Source: Orbicella franksi
Lineage: Eukaryota
Direction of reading: 5' to 3'
DNA length: 64,000 bases
Assembly (NCBI GenBank): GCA_964199315.1
Contig: OZ116704.1
Location: 4,092,001-4,156,000, forward strand
Made by a program: the position numbers and the translations under genes. Below the pieces are notes generated by a model, which saw only the letters and a program-made list of their open reading frames with translations, did not search any database and was not told the origin of the DNA. Positions 57,710 to 64,000 of this stretch are shown one piece after another (positions within the stretch are counted from its first letter, which is position 1; each line of letters starts with the position of its first letter).

Positions 57710-59162
57710 ATGAGAACTGTTAATAATAATATTAATATAAGTTTCTGTCCATAGGGCCTGCACTGGAGTTGATCCTTGTAAAAAGAGCACAAAATTGTTT
57801 TTGTTTTTTGTAAATAGAGTCGAAATCAAGTTGACAATGCAGATGTTTTGTGTGTATTTAGAGAGTGCACGAGGTTTTCCATTCTGTTTAAAGTCTTAAC
57901 TTTTACTTTCTGAAACCCTTGTGCAAATAAATCATGCCTAATCAACTTGTGTAGGTTAGATCAAGTACAGTATTTAAAGGTGTTTGCAAGTAAAGCCAGT
58001 GATACAAATTAAAAAAAAAAGAACTTACGTACAGTTTCAATATGCTATTTATTTCACAAGGAATTTTAGGTATCCTTTCTTACATTTTTTGGGTTCTTTT
58101 TATCTGGGGCTGGCTTTGTTTGTATACTCCATTAAAGTTTGTGCTCTGTTTTTAGGAATTAAAGAAGGTGCTGTTTTATTTTGCAATGTATATGAATTCT
58201 TCCGATACGACAGATTTTTAAGCACACCACACTGCAAAATGTGCATTTCAACAATGTTAATACACTTTTGTACTAAAATAGCGAGGCTCCGTACATTAGT
58301 AACAAACAGTAATCAGTTTTTGGGGAATTAAAATTTGAACAAATCCTGTAAAACATCAGTATGGTACTGGATACTGTATTTACACTGACAGTACCAAATA
58401 TTTAAATAATGTAAAATAAGTTTCTTCATTCCTTATGCCAAAGGCCATTTCCCCACATGGCTGTAGAAAGAGTTCCATTTGTCATTTGAGTCTGTATAAA
58501 ATTTTATGGGCTTGTAAATTTAAGCAATTTTATGTTTTTCTTCTTTTATGTGTAAAATTTATAAACTAATCTTGTACACATTCTTGTGAGTATTCTGCCA
58601 AGATAAAATATGAAAGTATTGCAGCTGTCAAGATTGAATCTTTTTTCTTCGTAAATCACTTCCCCAAAAAAAATCTGTACATTTTAATATCAATCATCAA
58701 TACAGGTGGCATTTGCAAAACGTTTCAAAATTTTATTTTTGTGGCTTCTTGTACTATGTGCAGCATTTTTAAGCAGCATTTTTGTGAAGCATTTTTGTGC
58801 AATGCACGCTGCATGGGGTGACCAGAAAAAATTGTTTTGGTTTATCCTTGATAAAATCACCAATGACATAGAGTAACCAAAACAACAAAACAATGTAGAA
58901 GCAATAGCTGATTGTTACTCCAAAACGGCACTTCTTGATTTTACCTAACAGTTTGGTCATTTCGGGGCTGCTTAGACATACACAAACTTCAGCTTCCGGA
59001 GCTTATTTTTTTACAGAACTCAAAAGTCCTCAAACGGGAAAGGGAGGGAGAATTATCCTTGTACAGCTAGTAGATACTTGCTAGCAATGACCGCGCCCAC
59101 CTGCCGGCACCTGCCTTGTCCGAGGCTCCCCTCCGTGAAGCGAACGCTCCCCATTTCACCAG

Positions 59163-59328
59163 TAGACTAAGAGTAGCCCCTCTTTTCGTGCGTGACACGA
59201 GAGCAAACCGCGAGAAAAAATGGCCGCGCGAATTCCCAGGGGCGAGATTTCACGCCGCCATTTTTCCCCGCGGTTTATTTACGGTCTCGCTCGACGGACT
59301 AAGCGAAAGAGGGACCTCTCGTAGTCTA
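59163..59328. mobile_element. GC-rich palindromic MITE upstream of ZDHHC23
   Basis: Imperfect TIRs TAGACTAAGAGTAGCCCCTCTTTTCG / CGAAAGAGGGACCTCTCGTAGTCTA. Confidence 0.65.
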
Positions 59329-59754
59329 CTTCACCAGCGAACCATCCGTGTGTTGCAACCGAGGCGGGTGTCACACAACGAAATGATAATCATATCCACG
59401 GGCAGCGTGACTTCCCGGAGCAAACCCAATCCTGTCGTGGCTGAAACTCTCCCCGGGAAAGTCTCTTTGCTTGTAGATAGTTTTTTTCCCTTCGCCGCTG
59501 CGCCGTGGAAAAGAGAATGCCGTTCCCAAAATAGGTCACCAAAATATGTTCAGGCAACCTCGTCCCCAGGGTCTTCTCCTCGTCAATTTTCAAAATGGAG
59601 AAGACCCTGGTGCCAAAAATGCGGGGACTTCAGCAAGATGGTCGATGGCCAACAGCCAAAATGCCGAGACAACTTTGGTTATCTGCGGTGTATCAGTGTT
59701 TCATTCAATGCATCGAGTTAGTGGAACATAAAGAACTGATTTCTTGGTCTCATA

Positions 59755-62700
59755 ATGATATCAGATCCTTCCCCGCTGTGTTGTTGTGAATTCCGCAATC
59801 TTCATGGCCAGAGAACCCACATCCTTGCATTTTGCTGCGAGTGTGATGAACTGGACAACGCCGTCGACCAGTGTCTCAAAGGAAACCGAGTCCCGAGAGA
59901 GAAATTGAATGAAATTTCTACGGTGATATCTGATCGTATTCGCATCCCTTGGTTCAACGGCGCTATAAAAGTGGAGTTTGATGCTTTAGTCCCTGTCCTT
60001 TTTCTGGCAATTTCTCTGTACTTTGCTTGCTTTAGCTTCGTCTTCACCGTCCTTGTACTGGTTTACGTTCCTGTGTTTATCCTTATTTATTATGTCTACG
60101 TGTTAAACCAGCGGAAAAAAACTTGGTTCTTTGTAAGTTGGGGTTTAACATCTCTTGTTGGTATTTTTAGTCTCTATCTTCTGCATGTTTCTCCTTTCTA
60201 CTCGTACCTCAATTCTATCGTCATTTCTCTTGGTTTCATTCTGGTGTTATTGTTATACTTGCGTGCAATATTTTCCAGAAGCCTCCTCAACGCTTACGCC
60301 TTGATTTCTAAACCACTCCTTCGAAACAATTCACATGTTAATGCAAGTAGTTACAAGGATCTGAACTGTTGTCTCTGTACTGAAGGACCCTTTACCAGGG
60401 CAAAGCATTGTAGGTAGGTTATCTCACATTATCTCAGTAAAATGGGAAGACCAAGGGGGGACTCTCCTATAAAAAGAACAGGGGTGCTCATCAGAAATTT
60501 TGAAAAAAAACGCTTAATTAAGAGGTACCAAGATCCTGGTGTGTGGGTGTGGCTTGAAATTGTTTCACCCCTAAGAGGTACCAATTCTGGGACAAAATTA
60601 AAAATCAGGTCATAGCTCCTTTCATTTTTTTTTTTTTTTTTTTTTTTCAGCTCGATATCCTAAAACGTACCACAAAAGCTCCCACTGTGGACCTTGTAAG
60701 GCTGAACACCCTAAGAGGTACCAAAATTGCATTTTTAACCCCTAAAAGGTACAAGGAGCACCCCTGTCCTTTATATATAGGAGTCTCCCCTCCTGGGAGG
60801 GAAGACAGTAATCTACTTTGGCAAGAAAACTATGGCTGAGTATCAGGTGCCATCCTCCAAAGTTTACATCCTTGTCTGTACATTTTTTGGGAGACATTTT
60901 GTAAGTACAGTACTGTTCATCCCTTCTTTGTGAACACTGTGCTAGTCCATGGAACTTTTATGATAAATGTGCAGTACCTGAAGCCCTGGTTTCCAGGACA
61001 CCTTTTATATCCTTTGGAAGTTGGCTTTAAGGTAGAGCCGAAAGATAGGTGAATAGTTAACAAAAGTAATTTGTTTACATACCGTAAAAACTCGTGTATA
61101 AGCCGCACTCGTATATAAGCCGCACCCCCAACTTTCGAGCTTGATTTTGAAAAAAAGAAAACTCTTTAAAAAGCGCTGAGCAAAAGAAAGTGATTACTTG
61201 TACATTGTAAGCTTGGTCAAATCTGATGCTGTGTATTTGCTGCGAGCTAAATAACTCTTGAAATACCTTTTACAAGCTATTCTTCAACGCAATTTCTGAT
61301 ATCCTCCTAAAGAGAGGCTCTTTTGACAAGATGTTGCCTTTATTGCTAAAGGCGATAGTGGAAAACGATGAAATTCAAACGGAAATCCGAGCAAAACAAT
61401 CTCTGACCGATCGATGCAAAATGATTGCTTAGTAACCACGCAGTCATTTAAAGAGAGAGTCTGGACACAAGAGAAATACACACGCAACCGATAAGAAGTC
61501 TGGGCCGAGTCACGTAGATCGATCGAATTGAACGATCGAACGAACGATAAACAACATGGAAAAGTTCCATTTCACATCAGCTGTGCGTGGATACCATGTT
61601 TATAAACATGTATGGAAGCCTTCAATTGGTGAAAAACTTGTTGTTCGACGCGAGTTTAACAATCCTATGGATAAACACGCGGTGCAAGTTGTGAAGTACA
61701 AATGAAAGGAAGTACAAATGAATCGCTTGAAAGAACTACTCGCGAAGAAGATTCAGGTTTAAAACCTGAAGAGACAAAGGCTCCTTTAGGAGCCACCACT
61801 TCTATCAAAAGCAATGATCAACAACAGCAACAGGTTTCAAAATGTTGAATGTTTATTTACTTACGTTTTTAAGTACTATATCTGACCACTAACTAGGCAA
61901 TTAGCTCCCTCTGAAAGCAATGGTCTCGTATATAAGCCGCACCCGCCATTTTGAGCCCAAAATTTCAGCAAAAAGGTGCGGCTTATACACGAGTTTTTAC
62001 GGTATTTAGCTGTTCACCAAGTCTCCCAGATTTGCAGGAAAGTTCTAATTTTGGCTGATTTTTGGCCTTTTTCAAGGGAAAAATTTGGAATATTTGACAC
62101 ATTTTTGTGGCTGAATCAGAGGGGCTTTACTGTTAACAATGTTTTTTAGGGTCAAGAAGGTAAACTTGGCGATCTCCCAGATTTCAATTTTTTTTAGGTT
62201 GACGTCTGTGGTTCTGAGAGTTCACAATCTGCGGTAATTCTAGAGGAGATGCCTGGGGTCCAGATTACCCTCCCTCCGCCACCTCATGTTTGTAAAAAAG
62301 TATCCCTGATTGCTAATGGCTGAATATGCTGTCATGATTGTTTCTAATATTTGAGGCAGATATTTCTCAGTGATACCATACAGGGCAAAAGGTTCTTGCT
62401 CTTTATCTGAAATCACCCTGAGTTATTATATTATAGTTAATCAAAAGCAAATTAAATTGAATTTCATTTTTCACAAAAAACTGTGAATTATATTTTCTTC
62501 TCCTCTGGTAGGATTTGTGGCTACTGTGTTCCAAGGTCAGACCATCACTGTGTTTGGTAAGTGATAAATGAGGATATTTTACACAGTAATGTGAATATAT
62601 GAATTTTATTTTCGAGTGGATAAAACAATATTTTGAGAACAAGCATTGCAAGAGAATAAAATGTGTGGCTCAAACAAATACACAATGTTGTTTTAACATG

Positions 62701-63863
62701 AGAAAATAAAATTCCCATCTTCAACTAGCTACCATGTAATTTTTGTTTTATTATATAGGCAAACTGACTGTTTGCACAAAGAACTGTGAAAAAGCAGGAA
62801 ATGTGGTCATCAATATCCTCACTAGTAAGGACATGGAAGACATGAAACTCAAGTTCCAGATGTAATTTTGTTTGAATTTTAAAAAAGTAGTGAATTTACA
62901 GTGAAACACTCCTGCCTACGCAATTAAGTAATTATAAATATCTTAAGTTACTAACCTCATCTTGTTGGTCCACACTGTAAATTGTGGATTCTCATTTTCT
63001 CCCCTTCAATTCATGGCCAGTGTGCTTCACACTTAAACCATAAATCAAAGAGAAAAAGTCTCAGTCCATAACTTACAGTACAGACCTTTTACTCAGTCAG
63101 TAACAGGTATATACTAGTCTTTTTGCTTAAGTCTATGAGAGGCTTCTGACATGAAATAGCAAGATGCAATATGTGCTGGAAAAACATGGGCACCAGAAAA
63201 TGGAAATTGTCTTTCCCAAGTCAAGTGGGTACCAGAAGACATTTCTTATGTCCTAGTGCTCATGCATTTGTTCTTCAGGAATTTCAAAGAAAAAGAGAGA
63301 TCAGTCTTGGTCATTACAGTAGTTTATGTTATACCACTGCCCTGTAAAGATGATATCCAGTCCATACTGCGCACTCTCAATAGTTTGTTTACGTTTTTTT
63401 TGTTTCATGTAAGACATCACAAAATGTAACATTTTGCAACTATTGACATGAAGTACATGTAAATTCAAAGTTTCATGTCAACTGCCATTATGGTAAATCT
63501 AACTCTTGCCACATGAACTCAACTCTTACATGTAAGCTCTTTAGATTTTGATTGTTCAAATTAAAATACTGGAACCCACGTAGCAGAAGAGTTCAGTCAA
63601 AGACTATCAGGTGCTCACTATAAAAAAAATTATACATCACAGTGTAAAGAGGTTTTGATTTTACAGTTGTTTTCTTTTTTTCTGAATGAATGCAGGACAA
63701 ACAGTTGCATTGGACAGCACAATCACCGTTCATTCCTTGCAGCTATCACGATATTCATCGTAACAGGACTTTGGGGAATTTATCTTTCTTTCCTCACTGT
63801 TTGTACATCTCTGGACAGTAGTGTTCTCTATATGGATTGTTCAAATGTCTATTCAGATTCTAG
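59755..63863 (+). CDS. ZDHHC23: Palmitoyltransferase ZDHHC23-like, first 3 coding exons (3'-partial)
   Basis: Exons 59755-60413, 62512-62556, 63696-63863. N-terminus PLCCCEF...HILAFCCECDELD...ISDRIRIPWFNGA matches the ZDHHC23 signature; TM segments; cysteine-rich domain [27 protein letters not shown]. Continues beyond the window. Confidence 0.9.
60452..60798. mobile_element. MITE with G/C-run termini and 8-bp TSD
   Basis: GGGGGGACTCTCCTATA / TATATAGGAGTCTCCCC termini; GGGAAGAC at 60444-60451 and 60799-60806. Confidence 0.7.
61082..62002 (+). mobile_element. Non-autonomous pogo/Tigger-like element carrying an internally deleted HIRAN-like ORF
   Basis: 27-bp perfect TIR CCGTAAAAACTCGTGTATAAGCCGCAC, TA on both sides, subterminal TATAAGCCGCAC repeats. 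Internal ORF 61556-61705: MEKFHFTSAVRGYHVYKHVWKPSIGEKLVVRREFNNPMDKHAVQVVKYK*. Confidence 0.85.
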
Positions 63864-64000
63864 GTAGGTTTTCTTTCACATCATGTTATGTGACTGTTAC
63901 AATAGCATGTTGTCATCTTTGTAATTTACCCATTATAAGCCTTGTGAAACTTGATCTTGTTTCTCTGAAGTGCACAAATCTCAAACCGTGAAGTGTAAAG

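Noticed and set aside
59116-59721. 201-aa plus-strand ORF upstream of ZDHHC23
   Set aside because: It runs through GC-rich MITEs and promoter sequence, starts at TTG, and has no recognisable domain.

Overview
Eukaryotic genomic DNA, AT-rich and intron-rich. Gene content and repeat style suggest an invertebrate animal, probably an anthozoan such as a stony coral; this is inference only. Manual splicing (GT-AG, phase-consistent, stop-free) gives five complete genes: CUL3 (-, 26 coding exons, 753 aa), RCBTB1 (+, 14 exons, 532 aa), FSTL1-like (+, 9 exons, 368 aa), MRE11 (-, 18 exons, 699 aa) and GSK3 (+, 9 exons, 414 aa). The window also holds the 5' part of ZDHHC23 (+, runs off the right edge) and the probable 5' part of an unidentified type II membrane protein gene (-, runs off the left edge). 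The genes form two head-to-head pairs: CUL3/RCBTB1 (a cullin scaffold and its BTB adaptor, 427 bp between ATGs) and MRE11/GSK3 (647 bp). Introns contain many MITEs, tRNA-derived SINEs and LINE fragments. Main highlights: the CUL3-RCBTB1 shared promoter, a U12-type intron in CUL3, a pogo-like element carrying a deleted HIRAN-like ORF, five CAGGG-ended elements with 6-bp TSDs, and FSTL1-GSK3-ZDHHC23 linkage like human 3q13. No CRISPR, rRNA or intact tRNA was found. All homology calls are from recognition of translated sequence, not from database searches.
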